A stretch of DNA of 63,187 nucleotides, counting the filler, from Choristocarpus tenellus KU-1152 (lineage: Eukaryota > Protista > Phaeophyceae), in NCBI GenBank assembly GCA_964200185.2. It is 11 parts of 11 records of this genome, joined end to end, with 100 filler letters (N's around TTAATTAATTAA, not from the genome) between each part and the next. Parts side by side here need not be neighbours in the genome. Positions count along the whole stretch, not along the records: positions 36,507 to 39,139 come from CAXNAD020026104.1; positions 39,240 to 42,268 come from CAXNAD020022826.1; positions 42,369 to 47,254 come from CAXNAD020012667.1; positions 47,355 to 55,407 come from CAXNAD020005217.1; 7 more parts are not named here. One strand, given 5' to 3'. Below are positions 36,507-48,661 of this stretch, one piece after another. The notes beneath the pieces are model-generated. The model saw only the letters and a program-made list of their open reading frames with translations, searched no databases and was not told the DNA's origin. Numbering within the stretch: position 1 is the first letter of the stretch; each line of letters starts with the position of its first letter. Both the position numbers and the translations under genes were made by a program.

Positions 36507-38869
36507 TCCTCATCGCTAGTAGTCTACGCATTTTACCTACATGTACGATGCATTCGATTCAGGTTTCAACAGGTTATGAGCCTCACACGATTCCCCTTCA
36601 CCATGTACGAGTATCGAGATTGAATGTTGGCCACCAATACGAGTCTCTAACCTTATCGAACGTGGGTTTGAAACCTAAGTGACCTCCAGACAATGAATGG
36701 TCCTCACAAGCAAGGAGTACAAGACAAACTAACGAGTGAGGAACGACCAACTGGTCTCTAAATGTGCTCCAATTACGAAGATGGCCAGGTAAATACGAAC
36801 GATACAGTAAGCCATTATGAAGGAAAAAATACGACATAGACGTCGTTGATTCCTTATCAGGTGATGGGGCGACGTTGAGGAAGAGCAAATACCTGAAATA
36901 TGGTCCGAACTCGGATTCCTGCTCCTTGCGCAATTGCTCCTGGTCCACTCCCGGAAACACAGTAGTGGAACTAGTAAATAGTTCACGATCACTTTGGACG
37001 GGCGTTGCTTGGTCAAGGTTAGAAGCAGATAACTCATATTCCTTTTGAACACTTGTGGGAAATGCACGACTACCTTCAGGCACCTTATGACAGATTGGTG
37101 GCAGCATTGGAGCAACGGATTTCTCCTGTTCCTCAAACTTGAAAATACGAAATAGAGTATCAGGTATAACATTGAGCTTACCGGGCTTGTGCTTGACTGT
37201 GAAATCATAACCTTGAAAACAGCAATAGCCCAACGAGTAAGCATGTTACTGGTACCCTGCATTCTATACAAGTAACACAATGCGGAATGATCTGTGATGC
37301 AGGTGAAGTGTCTACCCCAAAGATACGGTCGCCAATGCGTGATGGCTGCAACGACTGCGTAACACTCTCTTAATGTAGCTGAATAATGACGTTGAGCTTC
37401 ATCACATTTCTTGCTGAAGTATGCAATGATACCTAGGTCTGCAGGATTATCGGATCGAGGTTGTGCTAAAAAACCTCCAGCACCACACTCACTGGCATCA
37501 ACATGGATGATGAATTCTTTGGTAAAGTCAGGAAACGAGAACCGGGGCAGCAGTGAGTAATTGTTTCACGTTAAAAAATGCCACATCCTGGTCCAATCCC
37601 CATTCTTTATCCACTCTCTTGTTGACACCTTTCTTAGTGAGAAGAACTAGTGGTTCGATTACTGTGGCTAAGTTGGGTATGAATTTACGCACAAAATTTA
37701 TCATACCTAGGACAAATCGAAGTTCTTTGATGGTGGTGGGTTTGGGTGATTTAGTGGTTGCACGGACACGATCCTCACAGATACGAATTCCTTCAGACGA
37801 TAAAATATGTGACCCAGGTAGCGTACTTCTTTGGGTCCAAACTGGATCTTCGACGGTTTCGAGGTGAAACCTGCTGCTTATAACGCTTTGAACTGCTGTT
37901 CTAGTAAGTGTATATGTCCTTCCCATGTGGGAGAACAAGCAATCAGACCATCCATGTAAACTAGTAACCCACTCAATGGACCAAAGTTGGCAAAGGCCAA
38001 GGACAAGATTCTTTGAAATTGCCAAGGGGCATTTGATATCCCAAAGAGCATCCTCATAAAAACATATTTTCCTCTAGACGTGACAAAAGCAGTTTTATCA
38101 ATGCCATCCTCAGCGACAGGAATCTGCCCATATGCACTCTGAGTATCACAAACGGTGATAAATTTTGCTCCCCCAACAGTATCAATATGAGACTCTATAT
38201 CAGGTATAAGCCAAGTCTGTCAAACAAGGTGTTTGTTAACAGTTGACCTATAGTCCACACAGAATTGTGGGGAGCCATCAGATTTCGCCACAATAGTAAC
38301 AGGACTACCCCAAGGGCTGGCACGCCAATAATGCCTTGCTCTTCCATAGTATTTACACACGAGTCAATTACTTGTTGAGTACGGAGGTTTGCTCTGTAAG
38401 GGTTCCTGTCAACAGGTTTGGTACCAGACTCTATAGGAATTTCTGCTTCAGCAAGGGTACATCTGCCTAGTTCTGCTGCATTCAACGAAAATACCGATCT
38501 ATAACGAGCACAGAGGTCTAAAAGCTGAGACAATTGTGACTGATTGAACGTGGTATCTTTGAATGAGTTTGACTTGGTGAAGGCTTGATGTAACTCTTCT
38601 CTAGCTTTACTGAATGGAGCAGAATCAGTATTTAGAGCACTAGTAGTAATTGGTACCTGATCTGAAATAGGGGTTAAGTGACCTATCACAAGATGCTTCC
38701 TGATACGTACTTTCCGTGTTGTTGAATTTTCCATTTGAACCAATACTGATCTATTACTTGCTGACCAAGTACTGAGAGTGCGAGCAGCTACGATACGATT
38801 CCATGGGTGTGTAGGTTCAGTGGTTTGATCTACAGCAAGCATGGAGTGCATGACTGGCTCCACTACCAC
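36507..38869 (-). mobile_element. Ty3/Gypsy LTR retrotransposon pol relic (RT-RNaseH-integrase N-terminus), frameshifted
   Basis: RT: GAKFITVCDTQSAYGQIPV...KTAFVTSRGKYVFMRMLFGISNAP and ELRFVLGMINFVRKFIPNLATVIEPL. RNase H: FIIHVDASECGAGGFLAQ...FTCITDHSAL. Integrase zinc region: GGHLGFKPTFDKVRDSYWWP. The RT-RH-INT order is Gypsy-type. Confidence 0.92.
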
Positions 38870-38871
38870 TG

Positions 38872-39138
38872 TGTTAAAGTATCCCCAAAGTCATCAAAGA
38901 GGATAAAGGTGACAAACCCGGTGAGATTGCTTGGTGTCTGAAGAGTGATTGACTAAATTTTGGTGGGGGACGCAAGGCCCCATAAAATCAGAAATATTTT
39001 CTTTTATATGAGAAAATTTCTCATTCAACTAATCACTAGTAAAAGGTTCTGATAACTCAACCACTAATTGATTGTTCCATTACTCCACACATATTTTACC
39101 GTAACTGTCTGATAGAGTTGGAAGGGTCTAATCGAACA
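38872..39138. mobile_element. LTR-like repeat (TGTT...AACA), also at 43579-43914
   Basis: About 240 bp alignable by eye with ~43673-43914 (aaagaggataaaggtga...ctaatcactagtaaaaggttctgata...gtctaatcgaaca). TG...CA ends. Confidence 0.6.
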
Positions 39139-39239
39139 CNNNNNNNNNNNNNNNNNNNNNNNNNNNNNNNNNNNNNNNNNNNNTTAATTAATTAANNNNN
39201 NNNNNNNNNNNNNNNNNNNNNNNNNNNNNNNNNNNNNNN

Positions 39240-39280
39240 CCCCAAATGGACGCGGCTCTACCTCTCAGATACTTTGGCTC
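39240..39280 (-). mobile_element. MITE family A end at contig start
   Basis: CCCCAAATGGACGCGGCTCTACC...GATACTTTGGCTC. Confidence 0.85.
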
Positions 39281-39812
39281 GTTAGTGTTAGTGGTAGTAT
39301 TAGGGTCAGGGATAGGGCTAGGGCTACGAACTTTACAAAGACATACCATAAAGAGAAAAAAATATTCATGCCGCAACCTTTTTGTTCTAATGTACTACTC
39401 TGAAAAATGAAATATATGAAAAAGTTGATGGGACCCCGATTTTGTCGCCGTATTTTATTTTTTATTTTGGTTTTTCACAAAGTACAAGGGATTCATAATC
39501 TAATTTGAGTCAAAGTAAATGAAAAGGACCCAGAGTTTAATTTTTAGGACTCCGAAAAATTTGTGCCAAATCCATCTGTTCTTACAAATGTGTGTAGGAT
39601 GTTTTTTGAGTTGTGTTGAAATTTTTCAAAAATAGAGAAATAAACCCTCTCAAGTCAAATTTGTCACTTCACCTATAGAAATATGGGTGAATTGCAAAAG
39701 ATTGAAAAACTGGCCAAAAATGCAAAAAACGGCCAAAACTTGGGTACCTGTCGTTTACCATTACTGTCATATATGAGGATTACTACAGCATGGAGGTGAA
39801 CAGACCAGAATG

Positions 39813-40103
39813 GGCTCAAAGTATCTGGGGGGGGGGGGGGGACGGCGTTCCCTTTGGGGGCAATTATTTTATTTGATGGGTATTACTAGGGGGGGGGGGG
39901 AAAAGGAGCAGAGGGGGCTAAATGTGGGGGGGGGGGGGGGGGGTGACGGCTTTCCATTTGGGGCCAATTTTTTCCATGTCGCGATTTTTGGGTGATTTGG
40001 TTGCATACGTGGGATGGAAATGTAAGTACACTTTTCCTGGTTATGTTATGGCCCAAATGGACACCCTAGTGTAGACCCCCCCCCCCTGCAGATACGTTGG
40101 GTC
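39813..40103 (-). mobile_element. MITE family C copy (longer form)
   Basis: GGCTCAAAGTATCTGGGG...CAGATACGTTGGGTC; TSD AATG/AATG. Confidence 0.85.
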
Positions 40104-42427
40104 AATGACGTAAACTATATTTGTGAAGAGTGCAAAATGGTCAACAGGTTTGTCAACAGGTTTGTCAACGGATTTGTCAATGGATTTTCCAACAGATATG
40201 CACTATCGTAGAATTGTTTTACAATAAAGAAGTAGCTTCAAACATGCAGTGCACCCTTAGCAGAAAACAAGGGAGATGCACAGGACACTCTCAAAATCTG
40301 GTGGTGCAGACAGGCAAAGGTGGGATTCATTCTGGAGGTGGATTGTGCACTAGTGGATTTTGAAGACTTCATGCTGCAGCAGTACGCAATTGATTAGTGG
40401 AAAAATCTATGATAGTGGCTGGTATCTCTGAGATTGGCATTGTGCTACTCTCATATTCAAAAGACTGTATACCTTGCCCACATTGCGGATACCCAGACTT
40501 CAAGGAGGACCTTGTCACATCTATCTGCAGAGCTCAAAGTTTGAGGCATTCAATCTTGGTTGAGTTTCCAGCCCATACAACAGTCGAACACTGCAAATAG
40601 GATGTAGGCTACCTTCGCAGGCAGGGTGGGGCAATATCGGGTGCCATTAGATCCATAAGGATGACTGGAACAAACTCATTGATCATGGAGGCAACAGGCG
40701 TGTGCTAGTGTTGATTGTGAACTGGACAGGTAATTGATCGTGGTGTAAGACCCAACAAAAGGATACCCATAATAGGGGTATGGTATATATAAAGTTTCAC
40801 AAAAATATTGCATTTGAAGTAACATAGGAGTGCAGTGCTCAAGTGCAATGAGGTAAAATTGAAAATAATCACGAAGGGTCCCCCCATGGAGATGACACTT
40901 CAAAGCTCATCAGAGGTATGTGTATATAGAGTGTTGCTACATGCTGTCTTGCACCGGGACTTAAGAGGCATGGAAAACTCTCTGAAAAGCAGCTGAGTAC
41001 CTTCCTTGTACCAACTTGTCACCTCCAGGTATGCAGATCTGGATAACTTACGAGGTACATTAGAGGAACCTTATCCAGCGATATGATAGGGAAATTACGT
41101 TGATCCTCATTATAATGTTTGTATCTGAATGGAGATCCAAGACTTCTTCCCAAGGACAGGCATAAAACCAAGAATATCCATAGCACCTAATGCCCCAAAG
41201 ACGTCCCAAGTCAGCACGAACCCAGCAAAATGGAAGGCGCCCTAACAGAAATCCGAACACTAAGCACGCTCTAGGATGTATTGCATGATGCTTTTTTTTG
41301 CTTTATTTCCCTCTTTCACTTAGTCCTTCTCGGATCATAGCACTCCACTATGCCTATCTACCCTCTCACCTTGGGCAGGCGGCTCGGAAACACAAAGAAA
41401 ATATGGAGATTGCAAAAGGTGTTGGCAAAGGAGACAAAGACAAAGTGCAAATGTCAAAGGAGACAAGGAATGGTTGCCGCAAGAAGGGATCGAGGTGAAA
41501 GGTGTCACAGGCTACTTGTTTTCGATACAAAACAAAACTAAGTCACTTTCCACTTCAAAGTACAGCATATTCCATAAATACGTTTCTCCTTCTGAACACC
41601 AAGCCATCAAGGGTCACTGAGAACGAGTGAAGGTCATAATAATAAGAGGAAACATATTGTTGTCTATTAACTGTATTGAGTACAACTACTACCACTACCA
41701 CTACCACTACCACTACTGCGACTACTACTACTACTATTGCCAAGGGGGTTGAAGGGGTGTCAAGGCGTAGGCATCCTCTTGTTCAGTCAATCATTGCCTT
41801 TCTTGTGTCATGGTCATGACCCTTTCCCGGGGAAGATAATTTTCCATTAAAGAAACATGTATACGTAGACATACTCCAGAGTATGCATATTCTACTTTCT
41901 GTACCATAAAATATTCTACGGTTGTGAAGGAACACACCAAGTGAATGGCCTGGCACTATACCCTCTGCCTATCCAGGTGAGAAATAGGACTCCTTTATTG
42001 AGGGGTTCACTGACCAAAACTTTCAAAAGTGATATTTCCGGTAGGTATCAGCACAGATACACTGTAGTTCCACCGAGAGAGGGAAGAGGCATGTAGTCCC
42101 TTTTTTTCGTTTCCTTCCATTTCATCAATGAACGATCAAAGGAGGCATGTACATCTGGCCTTCAAAACGGGGTGGATGGCTTTGATTTTTTTCGTCCACC
42201 ATTTACATGTTGAAATACCCACTCTTTTGTGGAAGGGAACATCACACAAGGGTCAAAGTATCTGGGGGNNNNNNNNNNNNNNNNNNNNNNNNNNNNNNNN
42301 NNNNNNNNNNNNTTAATTAATTAANNNNNNNNNNNNNNNNNNNNNNNNNNNNNNNNNNNNNNNNNNNNGAAAATCGAAAAAAGGGTGAAAAACGGACGCC
42401 GACACCCCCCCCCAGATACTTTGACCC

Positions 42428-43560
42428 ACTTGTCCTCAACAAATAAGCAATCACTCTTTCAGCCCCATTCCAATCCGTCACAGAGGGATTCACATACTGC
42501 ATCGCTAGGCTCCATACTGCTGATGCTACATCAAACCTTGTCATGATTGATACCCACATTTAGATACCAACGATCATAGATCTGTAGTTGTCTGGAATAG
42601 GTCCCTCCTGCTCCATTCTCTTTCTCCTTCCAATCATCCTAGTCCCGCCTTGGACCTCTCTACTCTCACTGTTTCATCCATCTGCCCCAGTCAAAGATGT
42701 AGTCCCAACTTAGTGAGTAAGTAAACTGAGTCTTTGAATGTCTGTTTTGTATGCCCATTTCCTCGTTCACAGCTCCATTCCGCAAAGGCCATTCCTCTGA
42801 CTCCATTGCTCTCGCATTTTCAATTCCTGCTTAATTTCAGGCAACTCCTCCATTAGTTCGCCCGGTTCAGATATAGGGTCATTATTCGGATCCACATGCC
42901 TTAGCACTTTGTTTCTCACACACCCCTGCTGTGACACTGGGTCCATATCACCAATGTCAGTGTTCAACCGTTCATCTAACTCCCTTTTCTCCATCATCAA
43001 CCCTATTGCATTTCCTGCTACCACAGGACTTAGCAGAGGTTTCTTAGAAGCATTTTGACTGGACTCATACATAGTCCCACCCAGACCTGGTTCAACGTCC
43101 TCAGCCATCAAACGCCCCACCCCAAAATCCATATATGGGGACTCTAATTTTGCATTCGCACATGTTGACCCTCCTGGATCAATAACTGCCCGTGCCATCT
43201 TTGGAGTGGGTCCGTCCCCCCCAACAATCCCTCCTGAGACTATGGTATTCACTTCAACCCCCTCAGGGGGAAACGTTCACTTCGCTATAGTGTCATCCAC
43301 TGATGTAGTAGTTAGTGTCAAACATCGATTCCCCACAATCGACATCGCCTCCACTCCCCTCTTGAGTGAGATCGACATCTCTAGCCCCAGCGTGGGTTAG
43401 GTCGATACCTCCAGTCTCATCCTGTGCGAAATCGACTCCTCTAGCCCCCTCCTGGGCGAGATCATCCGATATCACAACATCCTCCTCTGACGTTGCGTTA
43501 GCTCCAGTCGAGTCCACATAAACATCTTCCCCCTTTACCGAAGTGCGATTCTCCATCTCC
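42428..43560 (-). mobile_element. Ty1/Copia pol relic (INT-RT spacer and RT C-terminus), heavily deleted
   Basis: YRSMIVGI*MWVSIMTRFDVASAVWSLA...NPSVTDWNGAERVIAYLLRT matches the Copia RT C-terminal YRSxIGxLxW...TRPDIxxAV...PxxxHWxxxKRVxxYL motif. Confidence 0.75.
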
Positions 43561-43578
43561 TTTGGAATTGGATGCCTA

Positions 43579-43914
43579 TGTTAAAACATGGGCTACTCAT
43601 CTGTTTGTTCCTTGATACGATACAGTTCCACCAGTCAACACTGTCTGTTGGTTGGTCTGAGCCCACATTATTAAAGAGGATAAAGGTGATAGACCCAGCG
43701 AGATTGCTTGATGTCTGTAGAGTGATTGGTTAAAGCTAAGTGGGGCATGCAGCACCCCATAAAATCATAAATATTTCCTTTTATATGATAAATTTTCTCA
43801 TACAGCTAATCACTAGTAAAAGGTTCTGATATCTCAACCACTAATGATTGTTCTCTTACTCCAAAGATATTCTACCGAAACTGTTCGATAGAGTTGGAAG
43901 AGTCTAATCGAACA
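43579..43914. mobile_element. LTR-like repeat copy
   Basis: TGTTAAA...TCGAACA, homologous to 38872-39138. No matching TSD seen. Confidence 0.55.
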
Positions 43915-44522
43915 TAAGTCTCAGTGAGGTTAGCAATGATCTAGATGAAATGTGTGTGTATCTGAGGGTTCAGAAGCGAGACAATTGATTTCCATTCCAG
44001 GCTATGGACCCCATCTAGTATCCATGACAGAGAGGTGTAGGACAGGTCATCAATCTCTCCTTTGAACAAAAAATGCTGCAAGGAATTTGATCATATTGCT
44101 CCAAGGATGAGTCCAAGGAGCTATCTCCTCCCACTTACATGCATGTTTCATGTCACTCGTTGACCCAAACCAATTGAGAGGCAAGCAGGGTTGCATACTA
44201 AGGATCCCGAGAAAGAGCAAATGGGCTCCAATTTTTGCAATAGCAGAAAGGCCCTTTGCCAAGTTGTGGTGTAACTTCGTGTTTGGAGAGGGGTTGTATC
44301 AGCTTTTCGCAATCTGTTGTGCCATAATGCAATGAAATAGAGTGTACTGCACAGAGTAAGAGGGATGGCTTAGTATGCAAAAGGGTTCAAACCTGTCTAC
44401 CTCTCAATTGATTTGGCTCATTCCTCGCTGAAAGAGCAAGGGATGCAGGAGACGGGCAACTGTTCTTCCCTACTTCACATCAGCAGCAGATACCTTCCCC
44501 AACCTCTTCCTTACGGACTCAC

Positions 44523-44682
44523 CAAAGAGGTCGATGTCGAACACCTCCACAGGAAGATCCGTATTAATGGTTCCCTGAAGTTGCCACTGATATGTGAGTC
44601 CCTTCTGAGGTGTCCACCAGTCTTGTCCCTTTGTGATAGCAAGTATAGAGGCCGTGAGGAGCACAAGCAATGAAAATACCAT
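44523..44682 (-). CDS. First exon of a secreted GH114-like glycoside hydrolase (endo-alpha-1,4-polygalactosaminidase family); possibly a pseudogene
   Basis: Signal peptide MVFSLLVLLTASILAITKG, then WWTPQKGLTYQWQLQGTINTDLPVEVFDIDLF (GH114 N-terminal WxP...WQxQL...DIDLF pattern). Ends at a GTGAGT donor. No convincing intact exon 2 before the LTR/Copia relics. Confidence 0.72.
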
Positions 44683-45611
44683 GGTTTTCTTCCAGTATTA
44701 TTGACAGAGGATTGGGAGGGTAGTTGTGGTGCAGCAGTTGTGATGTGTGAAACTTGTGGAAGACGGTTACATGAGATAACCCCTTCAGAACGGTTTTGTG
44801 ATGTATTCTTGATGTATTTACTGTTCTATACAAATTCCGACTCTATATATATACAGCGAATACCACTTCAGAATGATTTCCAATCAATTATTCAAACATC
44901 TACAATAAAATGATTTCCAATCATGTATCTACTATATAATAAAACGGACGAAGATGAAAGGACATTATGGTATATATATAATATATATTTGTCATAGAAT
45001 TTCTTAAAATCAAAAGTTTGAACTGAAGGTAGTACCTAATGTAATTGTATTGCATCTTTTTGTATGGTAACATGGGGGTCTGGTCCTCTCCTCTATGAAA
45101 CATCGCCAACATGCGGCTTTCGTAGGATCACTGGTGGCTACTCTCCCCACCCTCCTAGCAAGGCAGCAAGGGCCTAATGGTGAGTCCTCCACACAAGCTA
45201 TCTGTACGAGCCCTACGACACAGGCCTTAGGATTATCCATTCACACCCTCCTTTCTACAGGTGTCCCCTCAGAAGACCTTTCGGAAATCATTGACCAACA
45301 CTGGGTAACCTGGGGGGGAACAACACCCCCTGCACCTGCCCCAGAGGTACACATCCTAGCTGCCCATGACGCCGGGATCACAAGGAGGGCTCAACATGAG
45401 ATCACACGCCTCCTCAACAGGATCCGTTTTAACTCCTTCAGGACACAACTGGCCGGCCTTCCAAATGAGGCACGCCAAGGTAGGGAAAGCTCCTCATTAG
45501 CCCTAGCGCGACACCGGAGCCAGTGTGGACAAGGGGCAATTGCGTGGGCCGCAACTCAACCACTGGAATCAGCATGCCAGATCCCCCCTCTAGAATTCAA
45601 GCTCACAGCCA

Positions 45612-45871
45612 GAGTGAAAGTATCTTAGAGGGTACGAGTTTTGCCGTTTTTGTCCATTTGGGGCTTGGCTTCCCACGGTTTTCTTGCGACATTTTCCTCC
45701 CTAGAAACCTTTCTGAGTAGGTAAACTGTATACGTTATGAAAAGGTGTGTCCGGAGCAAGGATGTTGACACTTCCTAACAACCGCGGTAGCCAAAATTAC
45801 ATCAAAATCGAAACATTGTATTTTGGCCTCCAAATGGACGCGACTCTACCCTCTAATATACTTTGCATCTC
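45612..45871 (-). mobile_element. MITE family A copy inside the CRE-like element
   Basis: GAGTGAAAGTATCTTAGAGGG left end. Splits LTA|SRSL, which is intact in the copy at ~60940-60965. Confidence 0.88.
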
Positions 45872-45897
45872 AGCAGATCCCTAGAGAAGGAGGAGGC

Positions 45898-46156
45898 AAG
45901 TGAAAGTATCTTAGAGGGTACGAGCTTTGCCCTGTTTATCCATTTGGGGCTTGACTTCCCATTGATTCGTTTATGACATTTTCCTAGTCCAAAATGTTTA
46001 GGAGTAGGTAAAGTATATAATTTTATGAATAGTTGTGTCCGAAACATAGATATTGACATTTCCTAACGAACATGATGGCCAAGATTACATCAAGATCACA
46101 ACATTGGATTTTGATCCCAAATACACACGACTCTACCCTCTAAGATACTTTAGCTC
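45898..46156 (-). mobile_element. MITE family A copy inside the CRE-like element
   Basis: 26 bp from the previous copy and in the same orientation; TSD AGGC/AGGC. Confidence 0.88.
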
Positions 46157-46980
46157 AGGCCCTATGAAACAGGTGCCCAGTGGCAGGGTGCAGGAGGCAA
46201 AATGTCGATACCAGACATACCCGCACCTGCCTCAGGACAGGAGGACAGGTACGACAGCACACTCCAATGATTAAACGCCTGCACCAACTATACAAGGGGA
46301 TGGGCATCCCGTGCACTATGGAGGACGGTAGCCCTTTGACAGTGGACAGGAATCATCGCATGGATCTGGTGTTCCATGCAGGGGCACTAGCGGACGCCGG
46401 AACAGCTCCCTACAGGGACGAAGGTCTTCTGCTCGATGTCACATTCGCAGAGGTACAGGCAACCTCCCACCTAACCCACTCATCCACCAGCAATGGTGTA
46501 GCTGCTGCTGCAGTCAAGGCGCAAAAGTGTACCCACTACGAGGGCTCCTTTGATCCTCATAGTTGTAACCTCAACACCTTTGGGCACCTCGGCAAGCAAG
46601 CGGAATGCTTCCTGGATGTGCTGGCTACTCACATGGTGGGGGGGAGAGGTACTGGAGGATTTAGCAGAAAAGAAAAGGAGTAGGCAGATCCCGGCTCCGC
46701 CAAATTGTTTCGGTGACTACACAAGTGGCACTGTCAAGACGTGTCGTGTGTCTTAAGCTAGAGTCACCAGGGATATGGGCACGAAGGGGTTTATTGGATT
46801 CTTGGGATGCCTCCCTAGCTCCTCCCCCCGGGGCGCTGGTGTAGGTAGATTGGAAGCACAGGAAGGCAGTAGTACAACATTGATACTGGTGAAGTAACAA
46901 ATAGATTAGTGTTTTTCACACTTAGAGTGTTTTTTTGTGTTTTTCACATTTATGATATTTTATTTCCTTAGGGCTTGTAA

Positions 46981-47254
46981 CTATATTTATATTATTATGC
47001 CCTCTGACATTTTGCAGATGTGTCAGGGGGGAAACCAATGAAAACTGTACATATGTCGTTATTAGCCCTAAAGAAATAAAATATCCTAAACATAAGAACA
47101 CAATAAAACATTTCAAGTGTGGAAACCACTAATCAGTTACTTCCCCAATATAAAATATTGTACTACTGTCGTCCTTTGCTTCCCATCTACCAACTCCTGT
47201 GCCCCGGGGGGGGGAGCTAGGGAGGCATCCTAAGAATCCAACAGACCCCTTCGT
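46981..47254 (-). mobile_element. 3' end of a second CRE-like copy, tail-to-tail with the first
   Basis: Diverged reverse complement of 46781-46980, plus the terminal hairpin (47000-47030) and AT tail. Confidence 0.8.
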
Positions 47255-47370
47255 NNNNNNNNNNNNNNNNNNNNNNNNNNNNNNNNNNNNNNNNNNNNTT
47301 AATTAATTAANNNNNNNNNNNNNNNNNNNNNNNNNNNNNNNNNNNNNNNNNNNNCCGAGGGAAGCCAAGT

Positions 47371-47630
47371 GAGTGAAGTATCTTAGAGGGTACGAGTTTT
47401 GCCCTATTTGTCCATTTGGGGCTTGGCTTCCCTCGGGGGTTTTTTATGACATTTTCCGACTCCAAAATACTTTCGGAGTAGGTAAAATGTATACACTATG
47501 AAAAGGTGTGTCCGGAACAAGGATATTGACACTTCCTAACAAACACGATAGCCAAAATTACATTGAAATTGCAACATTGGATTTTGACCCCCAAATGGAC
47601 GCGGCTCTACCCTCTAAGATACTTTGACTC
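47371..47630 (-). mobile_element. MITE family A copy, near consensus
   Basis: GAGTGAAGTATCTTAGAGGG...CCCTCTAAGATACTTTGACTC. Flanks do not form a TSD. Confidence 0.9.
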
Positions 47631-48661
47631 AACACTTATCAGTGAAGGAACTGTCTAATTTTTGTTCTGCATCGGATGTCTTGAAAGAAAAGCACACTTC
47701 CATTTTCGCCTTGTGCAGCTATATACAGGTATATTCTAGTCCACTCTCTTTAGCCTTCACCCCCAGAAAAAGAAAATGTGGTACAAATATCACTTCAACA
47801 AAGGGAGTCGGAGGAAGGCTCATCTCTTCATCGCCATCATCACCACCATAAATGCTCGTCCTAGCCCCACCTCTAACCTTAACCCTAGCCTTACGCGCCT
47901 GAACGATTAAGGCACATATGGCGCACCAGTTGGGTAGGTACGTTGGAGATCGGTCACATCAAATTATGCAAGTCTCCAAGGCACAATCTCCTCCATTAAT
48001 AACTGCTGCTGATAGGTGGTATCTTAACCCATAGAAGATAGGGTAGACCATATGCGTCAAGATCTAACCATTTGCTAGTACTTTTGAATGAAGTAAAAAC
48101 ATAACAAAAAAACTACGTCTGAGTAGCCCACATGATCACACACGACATGGATTCTTCATCTCCATAGTCACAAACCGTATATTTATCCATCCCTCCCCTA
48201 ACACACCTTCAAAATATCAGTGGGCACAATGTAATTCAATTTTTTTTTGTCTCAATCGCAGACCATACTACTCATAACCTAATAGCAAATAGATGGGTAT
48301 AGGCCTCCAATATTATGGAAGCAATCAGTATGGGGAGAGGGGGTGAGTAAGATTGAAATTGAAGGGTAGGTATTTTGGTTTAGGGTCGGAAACCGATGTG
48401 AGTTCGACAGTTATACTTACACGTGTATATGTTGTGGTTGTAGGTTGAAACGATTGGTTGGGTTCATAGGTTTATTGGGTTGATTGTTTGGATATTTAAT
48501 TTAAGGTTGAATATATTAATTATTGGGAAGCTATCTTGCTTAGATCGTGTAGTAGCGATTCACTTTTTTCATTCTACACGCACGATAATGTAGGACCCTC
48601 AAACCAGATAGTATTATTATTGTGTATGTGATGCAGAATATAGCCAGTTCCAATTAAAAGA

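Larger units (their letters stand above)
45071..46980 (+). mobile_element. 5'-truncated CRE-like non-LTR retrotransposon (RT thumb, CCHC knuckle, restriction-like endonuclease, 3' UTR), interrupted by two MITEs
   Basis: HGGLVL...AAFVGS (thumb-like); CPVAGC...HTRTC...RQH (CCHC plus RH-like); RMDLV...LLLDVT...KCTHY...FGHLG (PD-(D/E)xK RLE). Stops and frameshifts present. Confidence 0.82.
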
